A stretch of DNA of 64,000 nt from Myxococcota bacterium (lineage in GTDB: Bacteria; Myxococcota_A; UBA796; SXON01). The translations under genes and the position numbers were made by a program. How positions within the stretch are numbered: the stretch's first letter is position 1; each line of letters opens with the position of its first letter. The notes under the pieces are model-generated. The model ran no database searches, was not told the origin of the DNA, and saw only the letters and a program-made list of their open reading frames with translations. Where the stretch lies: positions 160,001 through 224,000 of the forward strand of contig JAZKFH010000042.1 of the NCBI GenBank assembly GCA_040386535.1, written 5' to 3'. Below, piece after piece: positions 9,237 through 18,383 of this stretch.

Positions 9237-10712
9237 ATGCGCTCCGTCCTCGGCCTCGCCCTGCTCGCCGCCTGCAACCCCGACGAGCGGGTCGAGCGCG
9301 CCACCTCCCACTTCGACCCGGCGTCGGGCACCACCCTCACCACCGACGATGCCGCGGTGAACGTGGTCGGGTTGGACGACACGGAGGTGTGCTACTCGGT
9401 CGACGGCGGGGATCCCGGCTACGGCGCGGCGTGTCTGGGCACCCTCGATGCCACCCGGCGCATCCCGCTGACGTGTGGCTTCCACGTCGTGAACATCCGC
9501 TGGGGCGAGGGCGACGACGCGCTGGAGGAGGCCTCCTACCTCGTGGATGCGCCCTCGTGTGTCGATGTCGTCGGGCCGGTCAGCTTGTGGCAGAACGACG
9601 AGCTGGTCCGCGCGTTCGTCGCCATCAAGGACGATCTCCAATGCCAGATGAACGACTGTGAGAACCCCGGCGGCACCGGCGAGTGGACGACCAACTGTGG
9701 CGGGGGCCGGGTTGATTGGGAGGTGAGCCTCAGCGGCCTGAACGCCATCAGCGTGTTCACCTACGAGGATTGCCATGCGACCACGACCGTAGAGGTGCAC
9801 GACCCCGCGGATCCCTACTGGCTGGACGCCGCGGCCGTGTTGCCGTTGGAGATCGCGCTGGTGCTCGACGGCGAGATCCGGCAGGACACGGATTTTGATG
9901 GCAACGGCGAGGAGGCCGGCACCGTCACGATCACCGGCGACTTCACGGGGCGGGTCGAATCGGTCATCACCATCACCGACGCGGCGCGTGGCGGGGGCTG
10001 GTTCGAGGCGGGGTGTGCCACGGGGCCCGTGCCCGGCGAGGTCTGCGCGCCGGGCGAGGCGATGATCCGCTACGACTACCCCGACTGGAGCTGCCACGGC
10101 GCCATCTGTCCGGAGCCCGGCGATCCCCCCGTGGAGGGCCCCGATCGCGACGGGGACGGCATCGGGGACGATGACGACGTGTGCCCGGACGTGATCGATC
10201 CGTACCAGGACGACCGCGATCTGGACGGCCTCGGAGACGCGTGTGACGACGCGCCCGGCTTCTACCTCCTCCAATTCAAGAACGGCGAGCGGTGTGTCGT
10301 CTCCGAGAGCGGCGGCGAGGTCTCCTCGACCGAGTCGTGCATCGCCACCGACCCGAGCCAGCAGTGGGAGGTCCTCGAGCTGTCGGGGTACACCACCTTC
10401 CGCAGCGTCGCGACCGGCGGATGCTTGTCCCACACCGACTCCTGGATCGGCCCGTGGACCGTCGTGACCGCCACGTGTGACGAGAGCGACACCTTCCAAC
10501 AGTGGGACGTGCAGGCCTACGATCAAGGCGGCGCCGACGCCCAGTGGCCCGCCCGCCTCCACGCGGTGTCCGACGACTTCTGCGCCTACACCGACTTCAC
10601 CGGCAACATCTACGGCACCATCGGCAACTGTGACCTCTCGGGCACCGACGCCGGCCGCAAGGTGGGGATCTACGCGTACGGCGACCTCACCGGGGCGCCT
10701 CTCGCGCCCTGA
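9237..10712 (+). CDS. Cys-rich lipoprotein with thrombospondin type-3 repeat and C-terminal ricin-B lectin-like domain
   Basis: Lipobox LAAC; DRDGDGIGDDDDVCP...QDDRDLDGLGDACD; QQW repeats with CV/CL motifs. Confidence 0.75.
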   Translation: MRSVLGLALLAACNPDERVERATSHFDPASGTTLTTDDAAVNVVGLDDTEVCYSVDGGDPGYGAACLGTLDATRRIPLTCGFHVVNIRWGEGDDALEEASYLVDAPSCVDVVGPVSLWQNDELVRAFVAIKDDLQCQMNDCENPGGTGEWTTNCGGGRVDWEVSLSGLNAISVFTYEDCHATTTVEVHDPADPYWLDAAAVLPLEIALVLDGEIRQDTDFDGNGEEAGTVTITGDFTGRVESVITITDAARGGGWFEAGCATGPVPGEVCAPGEAMIRYDYPDWSCHGAICPEPGDPPVEGPDRDGDGIGDDDDVCPDVIDPYQDDRDLDGLGDACDDAPGFYLLQFKNGERCVVSESGGEVSSTESCIATDPSQQWEVLELSGYTTFRSVATGGCLSHTDSWIGPWTVVTATCDESDTFQQWDVQAYDQGGADAQWPARLHAVSDDFCAYTDFTGNIYGTIGNCDLSGTDAGRKVGIYAYGDLTGAPLAP

Positions 10713-10713
10713 A

Positions 10714-11433
10714 TCACCCCGACGCCTCCACGACCAACTCCCGCGCCTTCGCCGCCCGCTTCGCGGACAGCTCCACGCCCACCGCGTCGAGCCCGTGGCG
10801 GTTGGCGACCGCCAGGATCGTCCCCAATCCACAGAACGGGTCCACGACGGTGTGACACCGGGTGTCCCGGACGAGGAACTTCACCACGGCCTCGCACGCC
10901 TCCGCGCCCATCGCCCGCGGCCACGGCATCTCCCCCAGGCGTGGCACCACGTCGGCGGAGGATTGGCCCGGGGTGAGGCGCAAGGCGCGGCTGAAGCAGA
11001 GGATGTGCGCGTAGCCGGGGCGCCCGAAGGTGGGCTGCCCCGGGGGCGCGCGACAGACGACCTTGTGCCACAACAGGGCGCTCCCAGCGTCCTCCGCGCC
11101 GCGGGAGACGAGGTATCCCTTGTCGATCCAGCAACCATCGTGCTTCACGTCGGTCTGGTAGAAGATGGCGACGCCCTGGTCGGACACCTGGCGGCAGGCG
11201 AGCGCCGCGGTCTCGATGAACCAGGATCGCCAGCCCGCGAAGCCGAGCCGAGGCAGCTCCGAGTGGTCGGGGAGCGAGGTCACCAGCGCGTGGCCCTCGG
11301 GGAGGGCGGCGTTCTGGAGCCACGCCACGCCGTCGGCGTGGTGGATGGTGCGTGAAGGCGTCGTGGTCCACCCGGGAGGGGGTGGCGGGTAACACGGGGC
11401 GCCCAACGGATCCTTGGCGTTCTCATGCGTCAC
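10714..11433 (-). CDS. SAM-dependent methyltransferase (N4/N6 DNA-methylase-like motif order)
   Basis: VTSLPD near the N-terminus; C-terminal VVDPFCGLGT...GVELS motif I. Confidence 0.8.
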   Translation of the reverse strand: MTHENAKDPLGAPCYPPPPPGWTTTPSRTIHHADGVAWLQNAALPEGHALVTSLPDHSELPRLGFAGWRSWFIETAALACRQVSDQGVAIFYQTDVKHDGCWIDKGYLVSRGAEDAGSALLWHKVVCRAPPGQPTFGRPGYAHILCFSRALRLTPGQSSADVVPRLGEMPWPRAMGAEACEAVVKFLVRDTRCHTVVDPFCGLGTILAVANRHGLDAVGVELSAKRAAKARELVVEASG

Positions 11434-11466
11434 GTCCCGTCACCGTGACGAGATCTACCGCCGAGA

Positions 11467-12900
11467 ATGAGTCAATTACGCGCTCGACGCACCACCGGAG
11501 TCCTCGTGAACCAACGGCACCTCGCCCGCAACATCCTGCTCTGCACCCTCCTCCTCGCCGGGTGCGCCGGCGCCGACAAGGACGACACGTCGAACCCCGA
11601 CGACACGGCCGACACGGACACCGACACCGACTCCGACGACACCCTCGCCCCCGCGGCCCTCTCCTCCAACCCAGCCGACGGGTCGGTCGATGTCGCGCTC
11701 AACCGGACGGTCAGCGTCACCTTCAGCGAGGCACTCGATCCGGCCAGCGTCAGCCCCACGACGTTCATCCTCACGGCGGGCGGCACGCCGGTCGACGGCA
11801 CCGTGTCCCTGGCCGGGGTCACCGCCACGTTCACCCCGACGAACATCCTCGAGATCTCGACGATGTACGACGCCGAGGTGACGACGGGCGTGACCGACCT
11901 CGCGGGGAACCCGCTCGTCGCGGCGTACTCCTGGAGCTTCACGAGCGGCGAGACCGTCGACAACACGGCGCCCACCGTGCTCTCCACCTCCCCCTCCAAC
12001 TACGCGACCGACGTGGCCGTCACCCGCGCCGTGCGCGCCTACTTCAGCGAGGCCCCCGACCCCGCCACGATCAACGCCACGACCTTCAGCGTGATGATGG
12101 GCACCGATCCGGTCTCGGGCACCTTCGCCATCGACGGTGCCACCGTCACGTTCACGCCCTCGTCCGACCTCATCGACGCCACGCTGTACGACGCGGTCGT
12201 CTCCGACGCGGTCCTGGACCTCGCCGGCAACGCGATGGCCGAGCCCTTCGCGTGGAGCTTCACCACCGGCCAGGCCGCCGCGGCGCCCGGCAGCGTGGAC
12301 CTGCAGTCGGCAGCCGACTTCGCGGTGCTCGCGGGCTCGACCGTCACCAGCACCGGCCTCACCGAGATCCTCGGCAACCTCGGCGTGAGCCCGGGCACCG
12401 CGGTCGACGGCTTTCCGCCCGGCATCGTGGTCGGCAGCGTGCATGCGGGCAACCCGGCCGCGGCGCTCGCCCAGCTCGACCTGACCACCGCCTACAACGA
12501 CGCCGCGGGGCGCTCCACCGCGCCCATCTCCGTCTCCGGCAACCTCGGCGGGCAGACCCTCGCGCCCGGCCTGTACGTCTCGGGCTCGTCGCTCGAGATC
12601 TCCGACGGCGACCTGACGCTCGATGGCGGCGGGAACGAGAACGCGGTGTGGATCTTCCAGATGCCGTCCAGCCTCACCACGACGGAGGGCCGCCAGGTGA
12701 TCCTCATCGGCAGCGCCAAGGCCTCCAACGTGTATTGGCAGGTCGGCTCCTCGGCGACGCTGGGCACCACCTCCGTGATGGTCGGCAACATCCTGGCCGA
12801 CCAGTCGATCACGCTCGAGACCGGCGCCACGCTCAACGGTCGCGCCCTCACGCGCATCGGCGCCGTGGCGCTCGACTCGAACGTGATCCAGCTGCCGTAG
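11467..12900 (+). CDS. Ice-binding family (DUF3494) lipoprotein with two bacterial Ig-like (Big_5-type) domains
   Basis: Lipobox LAGC; two DxxAP...P...V...F SE...D LAGN...WSFT Ig units; FAVLAGSTVT, GNLGVSPGT, DLTTAYNDAAGR, TLAPGLY, WIFQ, NVYWQVGSSATLG. Confidence 0.92.
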   Translation: MSQLRARRTTGVLVNQRHLARNILLCTLLLAGCAGADKDDTSNPDDTADTDTDTDSDDTLAPAALSSNPADGSVDVALNRTVSVTFSEALDPASVSPTTFILTAGGTPVDGTVSLAGVTATFTPTNILEISTMYDAEVTTGVTDLAGNPLVAAYSWSFTSGETVDNTAPTVLSTSPSNYATDVAVTRAVRAYFSEAPDPATINATTFSVMMGTDPVSGTFAIDGATVTFTPSSDLIDATLYDAVVSDAVLDLAGNAMAEPFAWSFTTGQAAAAPGSVDLQSAADFAVLAGSTVTSTGLTEILGNLGVSPGTAVDGFPPGIVVGSVHAGNPAAALAQLDLTTAYNDAAGRSTAPISVSGNLGGQTLAPGLYVSGSSLEISDGDLTLDGGGNENAVWIFQMPSSLTTTEGRQVILIGSAKASNVYWQVGSSATLGTTSVMVGNILADQSITLETGATLNGRALTRIGAVALDSNVIQLP

Positions 12901-12981
12901 CGGGCTGTTTCGAGGGGGCGCGGCAGCGCGCCCCGTGACCTGGCCGGGGCTCCGTGGAATAGTCGCCACCCGGAGCCCCCC

Positions 12982-14517
12982 ATGCGCCTCGTCCGACCCA
13001 CCACCCTGCTCGCGGCCGCCATGGCGTTCGGCTGCGACCAAGCCTCCGAGACGGCGCCCACCCCGGTCGTGGTCGCCACCCCCGCGCCCAGCGGCGAACG
13101 TCCCAACTTCCTCGTCCTCGCGCCCGACACCCTCCGTGGGGACCGGGTCGGCGCCACGCGGAACGGCTCGCCGGTGATGCCGAACGTCGACGCGCTGGCG
13201 GCGCGCGGCGTGACGTTCACCCACGTCTACAGCCAGTCCGGGTGGACCCTCCCCGCGCTCGCCTCCCTGCTCTCCGGCCGCTACCCCCTGGTGGGCACCC
13301 AACAGGGCGGCAACCCCGCGGGCTATCTCCGCGCGGACCTCGCGACGATTCCGGAGCAATTCGCGGCCGCCGGCTACGACACCGCCGTCTTCTGGGGCGC
13401 CGGCATCAGCGACGCCGCGCCCGAGTTCTCGCGCGGGTTCGCTCACGTGGGGCGCGACGTGGGCTCCGACTACGCGCAGGCCGTCCTCGCGTGGCTCGAC
13501 ACCCGCACGGGCGCCGCCGACAAGCCGTTCTTCGCGCTCGTCCACAACGTCGACCTCCAATTCCCCCTCGCGCCGGCCCCGGGCGATGCGCTGCTCGCCA
13601 CCGCCCACCCCGCCGCGGACCGTGGCATGGACCCCGTGCTCGCCGCGCTCTCGGCCACGGCGGGGCGCGACGCGGCGGCGGCCTCGCTGGTCGCGGCCTA
13701 TGACGCCACGGTCACGCGTTACGACGCCGCCATCGGTCGCATGGTGGCGGGGCTCGCCCCGCGGGGCGTCGCGGACGACACCGTGGTCATCGTGACCTCG
13801 AACCACGGCATCGAGCTCGGGGAGCGCGGGAGCTTCTTCCACGGCACGGTCTCCGACACGAACCTGCACGTGCCGCTGGTGGTGATGGATCCCGCGGCGC
13901 GCGGGCCGGGGCGCCGCATCGACACGCTCGTGCAGACCGTGGATCTCGCGCCCACGTTGCTCCTCCGCGCGGGGCTCACGACAGGCCCGGAGCTCGTGGG
14001 GCAATCGCTGCTGCCGCTCTTCCGGGATCCACCCGCCGGAAACGGCGCCGCCTATGTCGAGCGCGACGTTTTCAGCTTCAACAGCGCCAGCCTCGTGTCC
14101 CTGCGCACCCGCACGCACAAGCTCGTGCGCATGAACGACCTGCGCGGCGGCGGCGGCGTGCGCACGCAGCTGTTCGACCTGGCCGCCGATCCGTCGGAGC
14201 GCACCGAGCTTCGCGACCCCGCCGCCGGCACCGAGACGCTCGCGCCCCGCTTGGAGGCCTGGCTGGCCGAACGTGTCGCGGAGACCGCCGGAACGCCGGC
14301 GGCCGACAATCCAAAGCTGAAGCAGGCGCTCCAGGAGGAGGGCTACTGGGGCGTCGCGACCGGGCAGGAGCAGGGCACCGGCGGGAAGAAGCCGGGCACC
14401 GGCGGGAAGAAGCCGGGCACGGGCGGGAAGGAGCCGGGCACGGGCGGGAAGATGGGGCCCCCCGACCAGGGTGGCATCCCCGGCCAGCCGCCTCCCGGCG
14501 CGCCGCCCAAGCGCTGA
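12982..14517 (+). CDS. Sulfatase-like hydrolase/transferase lipoprotein (alkaline phosphatase superfamily)
   Basis: PNFLVLAPDTLRGD, WTLPALASLLSGRYP, TSNHG, HVPL, DLAPTLL, LFDLAADPSE. Confidence 0.85.
   Translation: MRLVRPTTLLAAAMAFGCDQASETAPTPVVVATPAPSGERPNFLVLAPDTLRGDRVGATRNGSPVMPNVDALAARGVTFTHVYSQSGWTLPALASLLSGRYPLVGTQQGGNPAGYLRADLATIPEQFAAAGYDTAVFWGAGISDAAPEFSRGFAHVGRDVGSDYAQAVLAWLDTRTGAADKPFFALVHNVDLQFPLAPAPGDALLATAHPAADRGMDPVLAALSATAGRDAAAASLVAAYDATVTRYDAAIGRMVAGLAPRGVADDTVVIVTSNHGIELGERGSFFHGTVSDTNLHVPLVVMDPAARGPGRRIDTLVQTVDLAPTLLLRAGLTTGPELVGQSLLPLFRDPPAGNGAAYVERDVFSFNSASLVSLRTRTHKLVRMNDLRGGGGVRTQLFDLAADPSERTELRDPAAGTETLAPRLEAWLAERVAETAGTPAADNPKLKQALQEEGYWGVATGQEQGTGGKKPGTGGKKPGTGGKEPGTGGKMGPPDQGGIPGQPPPGAPPKR
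14374..14451 (+). repeat. Intragenic 21-bp tandem repeat (about 4 copies) encoding GTGGK(K/E)P
   Basis: GGCACSGGCGGGAAGRAGCCG repeated at 14374, 14395, 14416 and partially at 14437. Confidence 0.85.
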
Positions 14518-14520
14518 GCG

Positions 14521-15774
14521 CTACGCCAGCACGCCGTCGATGGGATCCGCGTCGATCTGCTCGGCCGGATCGATCCCCGCGAGCGCGAGCAGCGTCGCGC
14601 CCAGGTTCTTCGTCCCGATCTGCGTGCCGGTGTCCGTGAGGTCACCCGTGGCGAAGTCGATCGGGCGGCTGGTGAAGAGCGCGTCGAAGCCGCCGACCAC
14701 CCGATCGCTTGCCAGGTTGGGCCCGACCAGGAGCGCGCTGGTGTGCGGCCAGTGGTCCTTGCCGGCGCCGCCGTTGAGGTTGGGCGTGCGGCCCATCTCG
14801 GAGAGCACCACCACCACGGTCTCGTGGGCGAGCGTGTCCGCGTGGGTGCCGGGGGCGTCGGAGAGGCGCACCATCAGGTCGTCCAAACCGGCGAACAGGT
14901 CCTCGAACATGGCCGATTGGAGCATGTCGTTCTCGGCGTGGCTGTCCCACTCCACGTAGTCGTGCGCGAGCGTGACACATCGGGTCAGGTCTTGCCGCAG
15001 CAGATCGACCGCGAGCGGCGTCTGGGAGGTCAGCCGCGTGTCCCCCGGCCAGGTCAGGTCCCCCGCGCGCGCCTTGAGCGTCGCCAGCCGCGCGAGCGAG
15101 CCCTCGTGGGCCTCGGTCAACACGCGCTCCCGGGCGGTCACGGCTCGTCCCCGTCGGCTCGCGGAGAAGTTCGCCACCGCCGCGTCCATCGCCGCGCTGC
15201 CCCCCGCGGAGAAGCGGCGGATGGCTGCGTCGTCCGCGGCGAGGACGCTCCCGTCCAACACCTGCTCCACTCCGGCGGTCGAGCCCACGCGGGTCACGAA
15301 ACCGCCCAACGTGCCAGGAAAATTGGGGCCGTTCACCACCACGTGCGGCAGCGCGTAGCGGTTGGCCGCGGCCCCGGCGATGCGGGCGGGCCAGTCCGCG
15401 TCCGTGACGATGTTGGATCCGCGCAACATCAGGTTCAGGCACTCGACGTGCCCGAGCGAGGGGACCACGATGCCGTCGAGCACCAACGCCCGCTGGTGCC
15501 AGCTCTCGAAGAACGAGCGAACGGACGCGCGGCGCGGATGGTCCACGAAGCGGATGCCACCGATCACGGCCTCCTCCGCGTCCGCCTCCATGTCCACGGC
15601 CGGATTGTCGAACTCGGGCGCGAACACCCGCGTGACATCCCAGCCGCGGAACACCATGACGAACACGAACTTCAGGTCCTCCGGCGCCACGGACGCGCGC
15701 GCGCGGCGGGGCACCAACGAGGATGCGGCGGCCAGGGCGGCCGTGCGGGTCAGGAGCGAGCGGCGGGTGAGCAT
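14521..15774 (-). CDS. DUF1501 domain protein (Tat signal)
   Basis: MLTRRSLL; VFRGWD; WDSH; LSEMGRTPNLN...GKDHWP. ATG overlaps the upstream stop. Confidence 0.9.
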   Translation of the reverse strand: MLTRRSLLTRTAALAAASSLVPRRARASVAPEDLKFVFVMVFRGWDVTRVFAPEFDNPAVDMEADAEEAVIGGIRFVDHPRRASVRSFFESWHQRALVLDGIVVPSLGHVECLNLMLRGSNIVTDADWPARIAGAAANRYALPHVVVNGPNFPGTLGGFVTRVGSTAGVEQVLDGSVLAADDAAIRRFSAGGSAAMDAAVANFSASRRGRAVTARERVLTEAHEGSLARLATLKARAGDLTWPGDTRLTSQTPLAVDLLRQDLTRCVTLAHDYVEWDSHAENDMLQSAMFEDLFAGLDDLMVRLSDAPGTHADTLAHETVVVVLSEMGRTPNLNGGAGKDHWPHTSALLVGPNLASDRVVGGFDALFTSRPIDFATGDLTDTGTQIGTKNLGATLLALAGIDPAEQIDADPIDGVLA

Positions 15775-17345
15775 CAGTAGAACAAGAAGTCGGGGTGGCG
15801 GAACAGGGTCGCGAGCACGCCGGCCCAGGCGCCCTCGGCGCCTTCCTCGGTGGTGTACAGCTCGGTCCACAAGGTCGACAACGTCGCGATCTCCTCGTCC
15901 GTGGCGTCGCGAGAGAGCACGCGCAGGACCAGCGCGCGCACCCGCGCCTCCGCGGGGGTGGTTGCGTCGAAGTCGGCGGCCTCGAACAGGCGCGCCGCGC
16001 CCGGATCCGCGTGATCCGTCGCGGTGACGTGGGCGGCGGCGGCCTCGGCGAGCCGCTGGTGCACGAGCGTCATCGTGGGCGTGGGATCCAAGCCGGCGCC
16101 CGTCCCGAACACCGCGCGCCCGCCGCCCGCCATCGAGCGGAGCCCGTAGCGGTCCTCGGCGAACACGTCGGCGCCCCCCGCCGTGAAGGTCCACCCGGTC
16201 AGGTCTGTCAGTTGGGTGACGTATTGGTCCGGGGTCACCATCTTCCACGTGGTGCCCTCGGGGTCACTCACCGGGAGGGTGCGGTACTCGGCGCTGCTCA
16301 TCACCGCGCGCCACAACGCGCGCACCGTGCCACCCCCCTGGATGAACGCCTCGCGGTGGGCGGCGAGCGCGTCCGTGTCGGCGTAGGCCACCGGGCGTTG
16401 GAGCAGGATCTCCGTGGTCTGTTCCACCGCGCACGTCGGAAAGCGCGGGTCCGCCGCGATCTGCCGCCCCAGGTCGGCGAGGGTGCTCCCGGGCGCGCCG
16501 TAGAACGCCGGCGCCACGCCGCCGCCGAAGGTCTGCCACAACCGCTCCCGCTCGGGGTGGTAGTGGGTGATGTCGGCCGGGTTGGTCGAGAACTCGACGT
16601 AGAAGCCCCAGAGGTAGCTGCCGAGCGGATCGATCGAGGTGTGACACGCCACGCAGCTCGGGTTGTTGCTCACCGCGTCGGCGACAGCGTCGGCGTCGGT
16701 GAGATCGGCGTTGGCGTCGAGCTCGATCGAGCGCTCGGTGGTGTCCGAACACAACAGGATGCGGCCGATGGCGTTGGCACGGCCGCGGTTGGCGTTGCCG
16801 GTGGTGGTCGGGTACCGCCACCAGAGGCCATTGGTCGCGAGGACGCCGGCGGCGGGGCGGTGGTCGGTCCAACGTGCCACCTGCCACCCAACTCCGCCAT
16901 CGGGGTAGTCGGTGGGGTACCACGCCGCGAGCTGCTCGTTCACCATCGTCCAGTCGGCGGTGACGATGTCGGTGTAGGGCAGGTCCTCGTTTGCCACGTG
17001 CCCGATGAGGCGCAGCGGCTCCTCGCCCATCGCGGCGACGAAGCCCGCCTCGTCGTCCATGGAGTAGGTCGTGTCGGCGCTGTCGGACTCGTCCGCGCGC
17101 GTGAGCCAGGCGGGGGAGAGAGCGGTCCACACGCGGTCGCCGAAGCGCGGATCGGCGAGGTACTCGTCGAGGTACGCCTCCACCGCGGCGGGGTTCGCGC
17201 GAACGGCCGCGAGCTCGTCCGCCGAGGGGCGCACGCCGCGCGCATCGAGGCTCCAGCGCACGAGCAGCGCGTCGGCGGGCAACAGCGGCGCCTCGTCTGC
17301 CGGGGTGGGCCCGGTGCACGAGAGGAGCGCGATCAACCCTCCCAT
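15774..17345 (-). CDS. DUF1588/DUF1585-like heme-binding lipoprotein (DUF1501 partner)
   Basis: LDARGVRPS, AAGVLAT, NRGRAN, CVACH...IDPLG, ADPRFPTC. Confidence 0.8.
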   Translation of the reverse strand: MGGLIALLSCTGPTPADEAPLLPADALLVRWSLDARGVRPSADELAAVRANPAAVEAYLDEYLADPRFGDRVWTALSPAWLTRADESDSADTTYSMDDEAGFVAAMGEEPLRLIGHVANEDLPYTDIVTADWTMVNEQLAAWYPTDYPDGGVGWQVARWTDHRPAAGVLATNGLWWRYPTTTGNANRGRANAIGRILLCSDTTERSIELDANADLTDADAVADAVSNNPSCVACHTSIDPLGSYLWGFYVEFSTNPADITHYHPERERLWQTFGGGVAPAFYGAPGSTLADLGRQIAADPRFPTCAVEQTTEILLQRPVAYADTDALAAHREAFIQGGGTVRALWRAVMSSAEYRTLPVSDPEGTTWKMVTPDQYVTQLTDLTGWTFTAGGADVFAEDRYGLRSMAGGGRAVFGTGAGLDPTPTMTLVHQRLAEAAAAHVTATDHADPGAARLFEAADFDATTPAEARVRALVLRVLSRDATDEEIATLSTLWTELYTTEEGAEGAWAGVLATLFRHPDFLFY

Positions 17346-18223
17346 GGGTCCACCTCGAACTCCACGAGGGGGGACAGGTCCGCGCACACCGCCCCAATCT
17401 CCGTGTCACCCACCCAAGCCACGCCACATCCGTCACACTCCGTGTCCCCGTCGAACACGACCGTGTGCCACGTCCCCGCCTGGTCCTGGAGCTCCAGCGC
17501 GCCGGTCGGCTCCTCGGCGCATGCGGCCGACACCGCGAGCTCCCCGAACGAGAACGCCCAGACGACGCCCGGCAACCGTGACATGCCCGCGGACCACGTG
17601 CCCTCCCAACCCCCGGAGACCGTTTGCAGCTCGACGTACAGCTCCACGGCACGGTCCTCCACGATCCACGTGTCGTCGAACGTGGGGGTGCCGATCCCCT
17701 GGAATTCGCCCCACAGCTCGATCGAGAGGGCGCGCCCGGTGTCCCCCTCGTAGTCCCGGTACCACGTGGTGCCGAGCAGCTCGTACCGCACGCGCCCGTC
17801 CGCGGCGATCACCTGCACGTTGCCCGTGGAGAAGTGCCACACGTAGTGGAAGTTGTCGATCTCGCCGAGGACCACGTGGAAGTTGCGCAGATGTGACACG
17901 GCACCGACGCCGTACCAACTCCAGCCGTCGTCCGTGGTGCAATCCCCCGCCACCATCGTCTGCGCGCCGTTCTCCTCGGACGCGGGGCAATCGTCGCCCC
18001 GGTGGGTCATCGCCTCGTCGAACAGGTCCGTGACAGTGGTCGGCCGCGTGGTCACGAGCGCGTCCACCACCTCGTCCAGGCCCTGCTCCAGCTCGGCGAC
18101 GGTGAGCGGCGGCGCGGGGTCGGCCTCGGGTGTGTAGGTCCACGCGCTCGGCGGGCGCGGCTGCTCCGGCGCGGGCCCCGGGGGGTCGGCGCACGCGGAC
18201 AACACGAGCAGGACGGTCAACAC
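17333..18223 (-). CDS. Hypothetical Cys-containing lipoprotein
   Basis: Probable GTG start at 18223, lipobox LSAC; overlaps the next gene; C-terminal CDGCG. Confidence 0.7.
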   Translation of the reverse strand: MLTVLLVLSACADPPGPAPEQPRPPSAWTYTPEADPAPPLTVAELEQGLDEVVDALVTTRPTTVTDLFDEAMTHRGDDCPASEENGAQTMVAGDCTTDDGWSWYGVGAVSHLRNFHVVLGEIDNFHYVWHFSTGNVQVIAADGRVRYELLGTTWYRDYEGDTGRALSIELWGEFQGIGTPTFDDTWIVEDRAVELYVELQTVSGGWEGTWSAGMSRLPGVVWAFSFGELAVSAACAEEPTGALELQDQAGTWHTVVFDGDTECDGCGVAWVGDTEIGAVCADLSPLVEFEVDPWEG

Positions 18224-18383
18224 CGCCGCACGGTGGCAAGGATTCCGTGGGGTGTCAAGCGGCGGAATCGGGGGCCCGGCCGGGGGTCCGGGGGAGCGCC
18301 GGGCACCGCGGTGCCGGTCCATCAGCGTTGACCCATGGCCCCCCCTCCACTATGTGACCGCCCTCCCCGATGTCACCCGCGTC

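Noticed and set aside
14521..16248. 575-aa DUF1501 ORF
   Set aside because: The extension overlaps the upstream gene out of frame; the Tat signal begins at 15774.
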